DNA of 64,000 bases from the human T2T-CHM13v2.0 reference genome, Homo sapiens. Made by a program: the position numbers and the translations under genes. Of the stretch, positions 24,830-39,190 are shown one piece after another (the first letter of the stretch is position 1; each line of letters opens with the position of its first letter). Where the stretch lies: NCBI RefSeq assembly GCF_009914755.1, contig NC_060946.1. One strand, 5' to 3'. The notes beneath the pieces are model-generated. The model made no database searches. It saw nothing but the letters and a program-made list of their open reading frames with translations, and was not told the origin of the DNA.

Positions 24830-26160
24830 TCTTACGGGAAGACAAAGACCCCAGTCTCGGTTGCAAAACAAAGTCCAGATTTATTCTGCTCACAAAAGGC
24901 AGAGTGATTTTTAAAATGATGGGGATTAAGAAGGCAAAAGGACAAACAAAACCAAGGAGATGGACGCAGACTCACAGTGTAGGGGGGCCACAGACGGGAG
25001 CAGACACGACCCCAGGCAGATGCCGTGGACGGAAGGAAAGCAGGTGCCTCTACACAGACGAGAGGCGCGACCCACATACGGAAGCTGCTACAAGAATTCA
25101 GATGTGCTCAGTAACAGGGCACTGAAATGTTCATATAAGACAAAGACAAAAGTATTTTCAAATTTGACAGAAAAGCAGTTACAGTGAAAAAATTTAACCT
25201 TTCACTCGCTCTTCAAATGTTGAGATGGACAGAGATAGATGAGATTGTAGGAGGAAAATAAATAAGATGATTAATAAGGATGATTTAATAAATATGCATA
25301 GACATAGCACACACTTTTCCTCTAAAATTCATGAAAGATTTGCAAATATCCATCATCAATAAGGCTGCAGAACGAAAACTACAATAAATTGTAAGAGACA
25401 GAAATGACAGTTCTGTTCATCTGAGACAAGAAGACCAGAAAAACATCATAAAAATAAATACGGTTTAAAAAAGCCAACTATAGGCAATTTTAAAACATAT
25501 ATGATTCTGTTCTAAAAGGAAATAAAAATTTTAAGTAGTATGCTTTCCAAAAATTAAAAGAATTCTCTGGGCGGAAACCTGGAGGGCCTGGCCAGAGCTC
25601 AATGCAGAGGGGACGCCTCAAGTTCGGATACCGTAATTATCAACTCAGAAAACAGGAGGGGATCACAGGGTCGAAACTCTCAGAGGAGCTCTGGAGAACA
25701 GAGAAGTTAAAACAGAGAAATGGGAGGAAGATGGCACTTCATAATGAATTGGAAAACCAGGACTTTTATCCCTGGATCATTGAAAAATCACACCTTTTTG
25801 AAAAAGCCAGTAAACTAGCTAAACCTCTGAGAACCAATGGAAAACACAACATATCAACCAGCAAAACATGTTTAATTGCAAAAGAACACTATGGCAAATG
25901 TGTTATTTTTGGTAAAATGTCTGCTTAGAACATGTTGTACAACTCGGCGAGCGTATTTGAAAGTGTCAGTAGCACACAGGACTTCCGGGGAAAAGTGTAA
26001 TTTTCTGAAAGGAGCTTGCCATGTAGAAAGAATAAGCAGCTAACTGGATAGTAATGATTATCCAAAAATCACCACAGAAGAGGGTTTGCGGCCCAGAGTA
26101 TCAATGCTGAGTACAATTATTTGTCACTTTAGAATACAATGAAAATTTTTAAATATTTTT
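24830..26160 (+). mobile_element. Very old L1M remnant (5' part of ORF2)
   Basis: A-rich with faint endonuclease-region motifs (TTAATAAGGATGATTTAATAAATATGCATAGAC). Confidence 0.45.
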
Positions 26161-26804
26161 AAAAAGAGCTCTGCCTGACTGCAAGTCATAAAGATTTTTC
26201 TCCTGAGAGTGTTAGAGTCTTACATTTTACATTTATGTCTATGGTCCCTTCTGAGTTATTTTTTGCATAAGGTGTAAGCTTCAGGTTGAGGCTCATTTTT
26301 TTTGTCATGGATGTTCAGTTGATCCAACACCATTTTTGAAACACTATTCATTAAAACTTCGAATTGCTTTTACACCTTTGTCAAAAACCGGCCATGTTTC
26401 TGTGTGGCTATTTCTGGCTTCTTCACTCTGTTCCATGGGTCTATGTTTCTTGTCTTTCACTAACACCACACTCTCTCAACTACTGTAGATTCATCGTGAG
26501 TCTTAAAATCAAAGATTCCTCCAACTTCCTTCTTCTTTTTTAGAGTTGGTTTAGACATTCTTGTTTCTTTGCTTTTCCATGTAAATTTTGGAACCAACTT
26601 ACCTATGTCTACAAAACATTTGTGCAGAGTTTGACTGGTGTCATGTTAAATCTATGGATTACCTGTGGAAAGTTGTCATCTTCCCTTCAGAATTTTCTAT
26701 ACATCAACATGACATGGCTTTCCAGTTATTTAGATCTTTGCTTTCTTTCACCAACATTTTGTAGTTTTCAGCATACAACATACTTTTTAAAAATATTTAT
26801 ATCT

Positions 26805-27085
26805 GGCCAGGCACGGTGGCTCATGCCTGTAACCCCAATATTTTGGGAGACCAAGGTGGATGAATCACTTGAGGTCAGGAGTTTGAGACCAGTCTGGCCA
26901 ACATGGTGAAACCTGGTCTCTTCTAAAAATACAAAAATTAGCCGGGAGTGGTGGCGTGCACCTGTAATCCCAGCTACTCTGGAGGCTGAGGCAGGAATTG
27001 CTTGAACCCGGGAGGCAGAGGTTTCGGTGAGCCGAGATGGCACCACTGCACTCCAGCCTGGGCGACAGAGACTCCATCTAAAAAA
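26805..27085 (+). mobile_element. AluS
   Basis: Full dimer ending in an A/(AT)n tail. Confidence 0.93.
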
Positions 27086-27651
27086 TATATATATATATGT
27101 TTAAATATTTCATTTTTGGAACCATTGTAAATTGATTCATTTTTTATTTTTGTTTCTCATTGTTCATGGCTAACATATAGAAATCTAATTGTTGGGTTTT
27201 TTTTTTCACCATTCTCCTGCAAGCTTGCTAAACTTATTTACTATAGAAATTGTTTTACAGATTCCTTGGGATTTTCTATGTAGACATATTATCTGTGATT
27301 AGGGATGAACATTTTTACTCCTTCCTTTCTAGTGTATATTATACATATATAAAATATTCTATTATATATATATATATATTGCTTTTACACCTTTGTCAAA
27401 AATCAGTTGGCCATATTTGTATGTGTCTATTTCTGGATTCTTTATTCAGCCTATGTTTATATAAAAATACATACATACATATTACATATATCTTATGTAT
27501 ATGACATGTCATATATATATATCTATGTTATTGCATGGGGTTAGGACTTCCAGCATGATGTTGAATAAGTGTAGTGAGACTAAGCATCCTTGTCTTGATT
27601 CTGATCTTCGGGAAAAAAGCATCAGTCATTCACGATGAAGTATAATGTTAG

Positions 27652-27993
<342 letters not shown>

Positions 27994-28891
27994 CATGATT
28001 ATCTTTTATCCAAGTGAAGATGTTCCTTTCTACTCTAGAAGTTTTATCATTTAAGAATGTTACTTTTTCTATATCAATTGATATGATCATGTGTTTTTTC
28101 CTTCTTTAGACAGTTAATGTGGTGAATTGCATAGATTGATATTTGAATATTGATTCTGTATTCTTAGGATAAATGTCACTTGTTGAGATAGGTAGATGGA
28201 TACCATTTGCTAATATTTTTTGAGACTTTCTGTTTTCATGAGAGACATTGGTCTATAGTTTTCTTTAATTTTTCATCTGGTTTTGGTATCAAAGTCATGC
28301 TGGCCTCATTCAATGAGTTGGAAAGTGTTGCCTGCTTTTCTATTTCCTTAAAGAAATTGTATAAAGTTGGTGTTATTCCTTCTTTAAATATTTGGCGAAG
28401 TTTGCCAGTGAGACCATATGGGCCTAAAGAGTTCTTTTTCAGGAAGATTTTTAACTACAAATTCAGTTGTTAAAATAGTCACTCCAGAGGGTTTTTATCA
28501 CAAATTCAGTTTCTTTAATAGTTGTAGAATTGTTGAGATCATCTATTTTATCTTGGGTGCATTTCTGTGGTTTGTGTTTTGTTCATTTCACCTAAGTGGT
28601 GGCATTTACGCGTGTAGAGTTGTTTGTAGCATTGCCTTATTGTCGTTTTAATGCCTGTACGAGAGCCACTTCTTCACTCCTGGTATTCGTAATTTGTATC
28701 TTCTTTCTTTTTTTTCTTTTGCCAGTCATGACGGAGTTTTATGAATCTTATTTATCTTTTCAAAGAAACGGCTTTAAGTTTCACTCATTTTCTCCGTTGT
28801 TTTTCAATTTCAATTTTATTTGTTTCTTCTATTTATTATTTCTCTTCTTCTGCTGACTTTGGTTATCTTGCTCTATTTTTTGTTAGCTTTT

Positions 28892-29578
28892 TTATTTACT
28901 TTTGTTTTAGGTCAGGGATACATGGGCAGGTTTGTTATATAGGTAAATTGCATGTCATGGGGGCTTGGTATACAGATTATTTTGTCCTCCAGGTAATAAA
29001 CATAGTACCCAATAGGCAGTTTTTTGATCCTTGCCCTCCTCCCACCCTCCACCCTCAAGTAGGCTCCAGTGTCTGCTGTTCCCTTTTTTGTGTCCATGTA
29101 TACTCAATGTTTAACTCCCACTTATAAGTGAAAACATGCGGTATTTGGTTTTCCGTTCCTACATTAGTTTGCTTAGGATAATGGCTTCCAGCTACGCTCA
29201 CATTGCTGCAAAGGAAGTGATCTTGTCCTTTTTAATGGCTGTGTAGTATTCCACAGTAAATATGTACCACATTTTCTTTATCCAGTCTACCATTGATAGG
29301 TATTTGGGTTGATTCCATGTCTTTGCTATTGTGAATAGTGCTGTGATGTATGTATGTATGCATGTGACTTTATGATAGAATGATTTATATTCCTCTGGGT
29401 ATGTATGCAATAATGGGATTGCTGGGTCAAATGGTAATTCTGTTTGAAGTTATTTAAGAAATTGCCAGACTGCTTTCCACAATGGCTGAATTAATCTACA
29501 TTCCCACCTACATGCACGTAGGAGCATCTCCTTTTCTCCGCAACCTCGCCAGCATTTGTTATTTTTTGACTTTTTAAT
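28892..29578 (-). mobile_element. 5'-truncated L1PA15/16-type 3' end
   Basis: CAGGTTTGTTATATAGGTAAA...CCCACCCTCCACCCTCAAGTAGGC...CTCCCACTTATAAGTGA, flanked by TSD-like TTTTTGYTAGCTTTT. Confidence 0.88.
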
Positions 29579-30434
29579 ATTTTTTGCTAGCTTTTAAAGT
29601 TGGAAGCTTGGATTATTAATTTTAGGCCTTCTTCTTCTTTTCTGATCTAAGCATTTATGGTATAAATTTCCCTCTAAGCACTGCTTTAGCCACACTCTAC
29701 AAAATTAGTATTTTATATGTTGTATTTTAATTTTTGTTCAAAGTATTTTTAAGGTTCCTTTAAGACATCTTTGTGATCCACGGATTATTTAGATGGGTGT
29801 TGTTCAAACATTTAATTTACAAGTGTTTGGAGGTTTCCTTTTTATCTTTTATTGTTGGCTTCTAGTTTAATTTCATTGTACTCAGAAATAATACATCGTT
29901 TGATTCCAATTCGTTTAAAGGTGTTAAGGTTTGTTTTATGACCAAAATATGGTCTATCTTGGTGAATGTTTCATGTACTCTTGAAAAGCATGCCAATTAG
30001 ATCCAGTTGGTTGATGATAATGTTCGGTTATTTTATATCCTTCCTGGCTTTCTACTAATTCTATCCAGTACAAGGAGACGCCAAAATCTCTAACAAGTGT
30101 GGGTTTGTCTCCTCCTCATTTCATTTCTGTCTCTTTTGCTTCACGTATTTTGAACTTCTGTTGTTCGTTAGGTACATATACATGTAGGATTATTATGTAT
30201 TCTGTGAATTGATCTTTTTAGCATTACATAATATCCCTCTTTTTCCTCTCATAATTTTCTTTGCTCTAAACTCTGTTTTGTCTGATATTAATGTAGCCAT
30301 TCCAGCTTTTTTTGTTTATTGCTTCCATTATATATATTTCTTTATCTTTTACTTTCAACTCACCTTTATCATTATATTTGAAGTAAATTTCTTGTACATA
30401 GCACATGATTAGGACATGTTTTCTTTCTTTCTAT

Positions 30435-30600
30435 TTTTTTTTTTTTTTTTTTGAGACAGAGTCTCACTCTGTTGCTCAGGCTGGAGTGTAGTGGTGTGAT
30501 CATGGCTCAGTGCAGCCTTGAACTCCTGGACTCCAGAGATCCTCCCACCTCAGCCTCCTGAGCAGCTGAGATCACAGTTATGTGCCACGACACCCAGTCT
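30435..30600 (-). mobile_element. Alu monomer (AluJ right arm/FRAM)
   Basis: T tail followed by GAGACAGAGTCTCACTCTGTTGCTCAGGCTGGAGTG. Confidence 0.85.
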
Positions 30601-31579
30601 AATAAAACTATTTACATTTATTGTAACTGTTGATAATTTGCATTGAGATTTAGATTGAGACCTCCCATTTTCTTTGCTTTTTGTTTCCTCCCTCTAGTTT
30701 TCATTTTTCTGTTTCTCCTTTCCTTCTGTCTGGTTTATCTGGACTTTTTTAAGTATTCTGTTTTAATTTCTTTATTGTGTTTCTGACTGTATCTCTTTGT
30801 ATAACCTCTTTAGTGATAGCTCCAGGGGTTATATTATACTACATACAGTTACCTTTTCACAGTCTTCTTAGAATCGTACTTTACCACTTCACGTGAATTA
30901 CAGAGACTTTACTGCCAGTCAGGCCCCTTTATCCTCACCCTTCTTGTGGTCATCTTATATAATACATTTATGTTCATTGAAAACCCCATCAGACAGAGTT
31001 ATAATTTGTACTTTCAATCATAATTCTCAAAGCATAATTTCAAACGCAAGAGGGAAAGAAGAATCTATTTACCCAGATATCTACTGCTTCTGTCTCACTG
31101 GCTGTGAAGTTCTTGAACTTTGCTATGGTGGCTGTAGGCTGTCGTAGATGGGCCAGTCAGCGGGGAACTTGCAAGACTCAAGTCCCAGGTCTCTAGACAG
31201 GGATGGGGTCCAAGGTGATGACTTGGGATTTCCAGGCCCCAGATCCAATTTGCAGAATACTCAGCTGACCCAAGGCACAGAGCGTTATGCAGCAGGCGTG
31301 CTGGCAGGTTCGAGATCTCTCCCACCCTTGGGGGGAGCCACCAGCCCAGAAGCGTGAAGCAGCTGTGTTCCTGCTGCCACACCCATGCCCCTCACCCCCA
31401 CCTGGACTCTTCTGCCACCCGTGGAAGGAGATCAGACGCCCCCAAGATTCTTGGTGCTGCGAGATCATGTGATTGTGTGACCACATGACAAATACAGCAT
31501 CCATCTGATACATGTCTATACCCAGTTCTGAAATTTTAAAAATAATAATAACTTTTAAACAGCTAACACATATGCTGTC

Positions 31580-31795
31580 CACTATCCGGGACCATTCTGA
31601 GCACTTTCCTTACATGAACTCTGTCTTTTCATACCAAGCCTAGGAGGCAGCCTAGGAGGCAGTATTATCAACCCCATTTTACAGATGGGACAACTGAGAA
31701 GAGAGACGTCAATCAAACCCCCAAGGCGACGCAGCAGTAGCTGGCGAAGCCGGAATCTAAACCCAGATGATGGGCCCCTGAGTGTCTTCACGTAC
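31580..31795 (-). mobile_element. MIR
   Basis: Core ATTATCAACCCCATTTTACAGATGGGACAACTGAG...CCCAAGGCGACGCAGC...GGAATCTAAACCCAG. Confidence 0.8.
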
Positions 31796-32787
31796 CTACC
31801 GTGGCCCGGCACTGCCAAGCAGACCGGAGAGCGACCTCCCTCTGCATAAGGAGGCTCAGCAGCCAGCACGGTGCTGAAGCCCAGGGCAGGACAGCGTCCC
31901 GTTCTGATACCGGCTGCCGGCATGTGTCCATTCACCCGGCAGTGGTCCAGTGAGCACCTCACCTGGACAAACCCCTCCCAGGCTCTGCAGGTGGCCAAGG
32001 CCTCCCCGCAGGGCCTCCCGTCCAGGAGTCTGCTTTTAGTGACAGACAGTAAACCATGGTAGAGGAGGTTTAAAATGCAGAAGGAAAAGCAACATGTAAT
32101 AACGTGTGCTCAACCCTTGCTTACAAAGTTCTTTATTTGTAAAAATAAATAAAATAAAGCCAGCATTAACTCCGCATACCGGAGTGAAAATGTAAAGAGG
32201 TGAGAAGGACAACCCACCAGTGCCCCAAACCCCAGATGCCCCCAACTTCCAGGAGCACCTGCGGGGAACCTCCTCGGGACTTTCCAGTGGGCGCACCTGC
32301 CCCTTGGCTGGTGGAGGGAATGACACTGTAGACAGTGGGCTCATCAGCAAGGGTAGGGGCTGGATGGATGGTTCCGAAAAAACCTGAGGCTTCCAGCTGG
32401 GAAATTAGGGTCCAGATCCCTAGATAGCAGGGGGATTATAATTTTAAGAACAAACTTGTACAGAGTTCAGGGCCCAGCTCTTACTGAGCCACAGGAGGTG
32501 TGAGCCAGTGAGGACAGGATCCCCGTGGACGGGCATGAGGAGCCCAGGACCTGGACACCAGCCTTTGGTCAAGGACGCTGGGCTGCTGTGAATGTCGGGT
32601 TGGACAGGAGTGAGGGGGATCAGGATCCGGATCCGGAGGCAGTCCAGGCCCACCCCAGGCCCCCTCCTGCCTTGGGAGCAACAAGTGGGGAGGCACCAGG
32701 GAGAGCGCTACATGGTCCAGCTCCCTCCACCTGCAGACCCACAGGGGCGAAGAGGAGGTGATCGCCCGCAGAGCAGGTGAGGACCAC

Positions 32788-33015
32788 AGAGCAGGTGGGG
32801 AACTGCCACCACCCTGTGAGAAGTGTACCCTTCCTCCCACCAACAGGGCAGGTGGGGACCACGGCCACCACACCCCGGGAGCTACACCCTTCTTCCCGTC
32901 CACAGGGCAGGTGGGGACCACGGCCGCCACACCCCGGGAGCTACACCCCTCCTCCTGCCCATGGAGCAGGTGGGGACCATGGCCACCACCCCCAGGGAGC
33001 TGCATCCTTCCTCCT
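32788..33015. repeat. Degenerate minisatellite, ~59 bp x 4
   Basis: GCAGGTGGGGACCAYGGCCRCCAC units at 32791, 32848, 32907 and 32966. Confidence 0.88.
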
Positions 33016-36000
33016 CGGTGCAGCGTGGCCTTTGGAATCCCCTACTGGAAACTTGAGGGAGGGATCAAGTCATCTCCATCTGAATTCAGGTCTGACTCTG
33101 TGGGGAGCACCCAGGTTTGCAGAAGGGTTTATGAGCCTGAGGCCAGACTCCCTGCAGACCTGGGTGAGCCCTGACAACCCTCGCCTAAAGCGTCTGGCAG
33201 CGTCGCAAGTCCAGCTGCCTGGCCAACTGAAATGACGGTTTGGGGCAATGTGTGGTCTCATCACCTCGGTGCCCAAAGCTCCAGTGACCATCGTTTTAGC
33301 AGCAACACCACCGTCTACCTCGGAGAGCCACAGAGGACTGTGGGCAATAGGCTCTTGAGGCCCTGAAGGCTCAGGCAAGGTGGTGGGTCCCAGGCCTCAC
33401 ACTGCTGTCCCCCAAGGAAAGCAGGCAGGCCCCTAACAGCACCCCAATCTGCCTGGGGTCCCAGCTGGCTTATCCCAGACAGTGCAAGCTCACATGGAGC
33501 ACACAGCTGGGGCTGGGCGGGATGCTGCTGCTGGCCTGGGAGGAGGGGCAGCATCCAGGCAAACAGCAGAGCCATCAATCAAATGGACATGCAGGGCCAG
33601 GACCACTGGGACCCCGGAGCGCCACCTCCCAGGCCCTGCAGTCTCAGGCCCCCTCCCTCCATCTCAGGATGTCTCTTTTCTTTGGGCCCCAGATATCAAC
33701 AGGTCTCATCTCTTCCTCTGGAAAAACATCCTCAATTTCACCCTTTCTCACCAACTCTACCTACCACTCCTGGTGCAAGCAGCCCCACCTCCCACCTCCC
33801 ACCCCAGCCTGGGCTGCTCCTGGAGCCGAGGCCACCATTCAGAGACACCCACTTTCCCGCACTCACCGCCCAAACCGGACTCCTTTCTGTGGGCAACCTG
33901 GCCTGCCCCCAACCGTCTCCCACCAGCCCTGCGAGGACCCCTGTCAAACCCCTCAAGGTCACACAGCAGGGCTGGGGGCAGCCACTGGGAGAAAGCCAGA
34001 TCTCACACTGGCCTCTGCCCTGAGCCCGAAGCCAGGGACTATCAGTGCAGATGCAAGGGCTGGCCGCTCCCCAGATTCGGACACCCAAGAGCCATCCAGG
34101 CCCAGCGTTCCCATGGGGCCCAGGGAGGCCTCTGCTGTGACTGCGTGGGGTCCAGATCCTGCTCTGCCGCCCCTGAGGGCGGCCACAGGAAACCTGGGCC
34201 ACAGCTGCCCTGCTGGAGTCTGTCTCCCAGTCCCCGACCTGAGAAGCTTCCTGACCCGGCCCCACTTGTCTGGAGCTGGGTCACCTGAGTGCATCAGATC
34301 TGCCGGCATCCACTGATCCCCTGGATGTGTCAGATCCGCCGGCGTCCACTGGCACCCAGGCAGCCAGCATATGTGAATCACAATTCCACGCTCAATCCGC
34401 TGGCCTCACCAGGGCAGGGGCCCTGCCTTCCACTCCCGGCCACTGTGGATGACAGGCTCCGAGGTCCCCAGGACCCATCCGTGCAGAGCCCTTCCCCACA
34501 CCAGCCAGGCCTGGGACCAGGTGTGCAGACCAAGGAGGTCCTGGGGAAGGGGAGCAGGAGGGGTTCTGGCTTCTTCAATAGCCATGAGCCCTACAAAAAA
34601 CACCTTCCCTTTGGGAGTAAGGACAGGTGCTGCTGACTAGCAGTGGGGGTGGGATCAAGGCAGCAGCTGCCTCAGGAGCCCAAAGGTGCTAAATCCCTCA
34701 CCAGGGTGGAGAAGGCCTCCCAGAGGATCTCTCCTTGCAGTGGTGCCTGGGGGGGGCTCTTGAGAAAGCTCTAGGGATTTTCAACCTCGGAAAATGGATA
34801 TGGAGCTTGGGAAGGAGGCGGCGCTCCCCAGAATGTTAAATCAGCGTGGTACCTCCGCCCCACACCCCACATGCGAGTCAGCTCCCGTTACCAGGCACCA
34901 AGCCTGGCAAGCTGCGAGTTTGAGAACAAAGGACACATACTCAGGCCAGACACCTGGAGGAGAGGGCAGGGCCAGACTGCGTCTCCTGGGCCCGAGGCTG
35001 TGCCCGGCTCTGTGCCCCTTTCTGGGCGGGTGAAGAGAAATGGGCTCAAAGTCGCTGCCAGAGAGGATGTGGGCCCTCGAGAACGCACCCTTTCCCAATG
35101 CCCCCTACTGCCAATTCCCAAGCTCCAGACCCAATCCTATTCCTTCATCCTCATCTGGGGCTCCCGCCTGCAGAACACTCCCGGCACTCATCACTGCCTA
35201 CGACAGTCCTATCTGTCCCCAAGACCCCTAAATATCCCTCTGCTGCAAAGCACCTCTGGTTCCCCACCCATGATCTCAGAACACAGACTGTGTCCCTTGG
35301 TGATGGCCCCTCCAGGGCCCCCTTGAGAGGGTCTGTGAGATTCAATCCCTCAGAGCTCCAGGAAGTACAGAGGGAACTGGCTTCACGGCCCCTGTGCTGG
35401 GACTCAGTCCCTCAGAACTCTGAGAAGTGCAGGGGGAGCTGGCCTCAGGGCCCCCTGTGCTCAGTGCCTTCCCATCCCATTGGCTGCGTGGGACTAGTAG
35501 ACCAGATGGCCTTACAGGCAGGGTCTCAGATCCAAGAAGCAAACTCTACTTGGCCTGGCCCGAGATGTCCGCAGCAGGGGAGTTCCTGGAAGGACACCTG
35601 TAGTTTGCACGCACAAGGAAAGCTTCAAGAACAGGGAAACTGAGGCTGAGGCTCCAGGGCCTCAGGGTCGCAATAACCATCAGCTCATTACACACTCCCT
35701 CCCCCAGCCCCTCCTTCCAGCAGGAGACCTGGGCTCCCCTGAGTTGAGATCAGCCCAGCTCGGCCATGGGAAGAGCTCTCCCTCCACCTTCAGTGTGAGA
35801 AGCCCCAGGACGCACTGGCAGAAGTCCTGCCTGACTGATCACTGTGGCAAGGAGACCACAGGAGCCCTGGGGGAACGGCTCAGGGGAGAACGGACTTCCC
35901 AAAAAAGGGGGTCAGTAGCACCCAGGGATCTCTCCAACAAAACCTGAGGTGAGGCCTGTGCAACCTTCCTGGCCGTGCCATCACCCCAGGACTGAGGGTC

Positions 36001-36354
36001 CTGCCAGAGACAATACCGTGCCCCCAACCAGGGCCCCTGCAGCCGCTCCAGGGGGCACGACCAGCCAGCCACAGCCACCTTTCCTGGGCCTGGAGTTGCA
36101 TTAGGAGTAGCAGGCATCAGGGGTGGGGTGGTCCCTGCCTGAGGCTCTACCAGGGAGCCGCTAGGAGCCCAGGAAGAATGACAAAGCCAGCCCACACACG
36201 TAAAGGGCAACCTGGCCACCTCCTGCCCGTCCACTTCCCCGAAGCTGTCACAGCCCAGAGTCCGTTGTTGGGGCGTGCAGAGCTCCCCGCTGTTCCAGAG
36301 GGGGCAGCTTCCCGACTGAGCAGGAAGGAGAGGGAGGGTGGGGGCAGAACTCTA

Positions 36355-37425
36355 TCCGGCCACTGTTGGGGACAAAAAATTTGGAAAAATGGTTTGCAGA
36401 CTCTGACAAAGCTAAACATACAACCCAGAAATCACCCTCTTAGCACTGAGTCCAGCAAACTGAGAACTGTTCACACGAGAAACCACACACGATGACTGCT
36501 CAGGGCAGCTGTGTCTATAATCGACAAAACCGGGAATCGCCAAAGTGTCCAGCCGGAGAATAGACAGACAGACTGCCGCACTTCCACACTGGGAGCACCA
36601 CCCAGCCACAGGAGGAGCGAGCCTGGGAAACAGACAGACAGACTCACTGCAGCATGTCCAGGCCGGGAGCACCACTCAGCCACAGGAGGAGCGAGCCTGG
36701 GGAATGGACAGACAGACTCATTGCAGCACGTCCAGGCCGGGAGCACCACTCAGCCACGGGAGGAGCGAGCCTGGGGAACGGACAGACGGACTCATTGCAG
36801 CACGTCCAGGCCGGGAGCACCACTCACGGGAGGAGCGAGCCTGGGGAACGGACAGACGGACTCATTGCAGCACGTCCAGGCCGGGAGCACCACTCAGCCA
36901 CGGGAGGAGCGAGCCTGGGGAACGGACAGACGGACTCAGTGCAGCACGTCCAGGCCGGGAGCACCACTCAGCCACAGGAGGAGTGAGCCTGGGGAACGGA
37001 CAAACAGACTCATCGCAGCAGGTCCATGCTGGGAACACCACTCAGCCACGGGAGGAGCGAGCCTGGGGAATGGACAGACAGACTCATTGCAGCAGGTCCA
37101 CACTGGGAACACCACTCAGCCACGGGACGAGCGAGCCTGGGTAATGGAGCAACACGCACTGATCCTAAGTGCATTTTGCCAAGAGACAAAAAACAGACCG
37201 CAGCAGATACACAGTGGGTGGTCCCATTTGTATGACATTCTGAAAAAAACAAAACTATAGAACAGAAAACATATTGGCCACTGCCAGGGCTTGGGGGAGG
37301 GGGCGGAATTGGCTAAAAAGGGACACAGAAGATGGTTGTTAGGGCAGTGGAGCTGCTCTGTATAATGCCCTGGCAGTGGATAAGTGGTTCCGGGCATTGT
37401 CAACACTCTGAGACACTTCACTGCA
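36355..37425 (+). mobile_element. L1M 3' end containing an expanded VNTR
   Basis: TTTGGAAAAATGGTTTGCAGACTCTGACAAAGCTAAACATA lies before the array and CCATTTGTATGACATTCTGAAAAAAACAAAACTATAG after it. Confidence 0.8.
36560..37145. repeat. Minisatellite (VNTR), 74 bp x ~8
   Basis: GGGAGCACCACTCAGCCACGGGAGGAGCGAGCCTGGGGAACGGACAGACGGACTCATTGCAGCACGTCCAGGCC at 36591, 36665, 36739, 36813, 36883, 36957, 37031 and 37105. Confidence 0.96.
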
Positions 37426-37427
37426 TG

Positions 37428-37783
37428 TGCGATGGACTGAAGTGTGTCTTCCCCGAACTGAGATGCTGAAGCCCTAAGCCCCGGTGGGAGTATATTTGGA
37501 GATGGGTCCTAGAGGTAACTGAGGCTAAATGAGCTGACATGGGTGGGGCCCTGGCCCAGCAGGACCGGTGTCCTCCTAAGAAGAGATGCCAGAGGTCCAC
37601 ATGCACAGAGGAGAAGCCAGGAGAGGACACAGTGAGGGAGACAGCTCCCACCCAGAGCCACACCCCCCAGCACCTTGCTCTTGGACTTCCCGTCTCCAGG
37701 ACTGTGAGCAAATCAATGTCTGCTGTTTATGTGGCCCAGTCCATAGCATTCTGTGAGGGCAACCCAGGCTGACTGGTAGTATG
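37428..37783 (+). mobile_element. MLT1A-type LTR
   Basis: GATGGACTGAAGTGTGTC...GTATATTTGGAGATGGG...GGTGTCCTCCTAAGAAGAG...TCTTGGACTTCCCGTCTCCAGGACTGTGAG. Confidence 0.85.
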
Positions 37784-37949
37784 CAAACCAAGAAATCAGC
37801 CAGGAGGTGGGGGCCTCAGGATGGCATGTGGCACCTAACAAGTGGATCCACCTGTATTTAAAGGCAGGCACAATAATCTCGCCCAACAGGGTGGGGAGGA
37901 GAGGAGCTGAGTAAGTAAGTAACTCCAGAATAGGGTATTTCAACTGATG

Positions 37950-39190
37950 CTGCCTGTGCACAGTGTGCTCCAGTGTCCGGCAGGGTTACAGATGAGCAAT
38001 TCTGACACTATGTACCCTAGAGTTAAACAAGCACATACATTGTAGAGATGAGAACCAGTCAGTGCAGGAAGAACAGTTACACTTACGCTAGGGGGAGGCA
38101 GAATGGGCTTTGAGGTAGTGGATTTGAGTCTGAGATGTCAGCACGAGGCTGAGCTTGTTTTAATAAGTATCTATTTACAGTTAGATGCATACAGAAATAA
38201 ATCAGATGTGTGTGGACATGGGCTAGTGGACACACATGTATTTCCCAGCTCTGCCCCTGAGAAGGCCTAGAAGCAGTGACACCCCAGGATCCTCGAGCAC
38301 AGCCAGCACCCAGACCATGGCTTCTAAATCCCATTCTCTAAGGAAAGGAACCAGGGTTCTTTAGAAGGAATCTGACTCTGGGTCTACAGCAGGAAATATA
38401 CAAGATGAGCCTGTGGCATCTGCTAGTGCCAGAAAGTTGGGAAGTGCAAAGTAAAAAAAAAAAAAAAAGGATGGTGGGGCATGTCAGAAACACACAGGAG
38501 ACCCCAACGGTCAAGTGTGGAAACAGCGCAGCCGTAAAATAAATAGCGACCCTATTAGATGATACCCAAAGAAAATGTATCCAAGAGCCCCTATTAATAT
38601 TAATTAGTGAATACATAAATAGATAAATGGGAAAGAAGAGAGAAGTCTTCGTTATAGAATTCCAAATCACCCACATAGAAGGACTGACGGAAACGGAAAG
38701 TCGGTGAGAGCACGGAGCAGGAATGGCCACGGGAGCCACCCTGTGCTGGAGGCCGAGATTGGTGAGCAGAAGTGCAGGAGAAAGAGGAAAGTTACGTGGC
38801 TTGGAAGTGTCTTTAAAGTTGCTATTAATTACTGTGGAGGTCTGAACAAGTGAACACAAATCCCTGGATGTGCCTCCTTCTAGTGGGCAGAGCTAAACTC
38901 CCCTCCCTGGGTGATGGGCTTAGGGACTTGCTCACATAGAGACCATGCCATGGGCAAGCCCACAGCCACCCCTGAGCCGAGCAGTCACATGACTCCTATG
39001 GTGTCAGTTAATGACTGGTCAGCTGGAGGCGAATTCAGCAGGTGCCGACCACGAGGTCTGACACCACTCAAAATGACAGAGAGGGACAGGGGTGGAAACC
39101 CAGCCAGCCAGGGAGCGTCTGCCACCGGACACTGGACGTCTGCACAGCCAGGTGGGTCCAGGTCATCTTGGCAGGACTAGGGAAGCACCA
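37950..39190 (+). mobile_element. L1MC-type 3' region
   Basis: CCATTCTCTAAGGAAAGGAACCAGGGTTCTTTAGAAG, GGAAATATACAAGATGAGCCTG and TTATAGAATTCCAAAT. Confidence 0.65.

Noticed and set aside
33482-34381. ORFs of 268 and 264 aa, with several overlapping frames
   Set aside because: Multiple frames are open on both strands in GC-rich DNA. The translations are Pro/Ser/Gly-rich, with no recognisable homology or exon structure.
36511-37260. 249-aa repeat protein ORF
   Set aside because: It is the translation of the 74-bp VNTR inside an L1 fossil.
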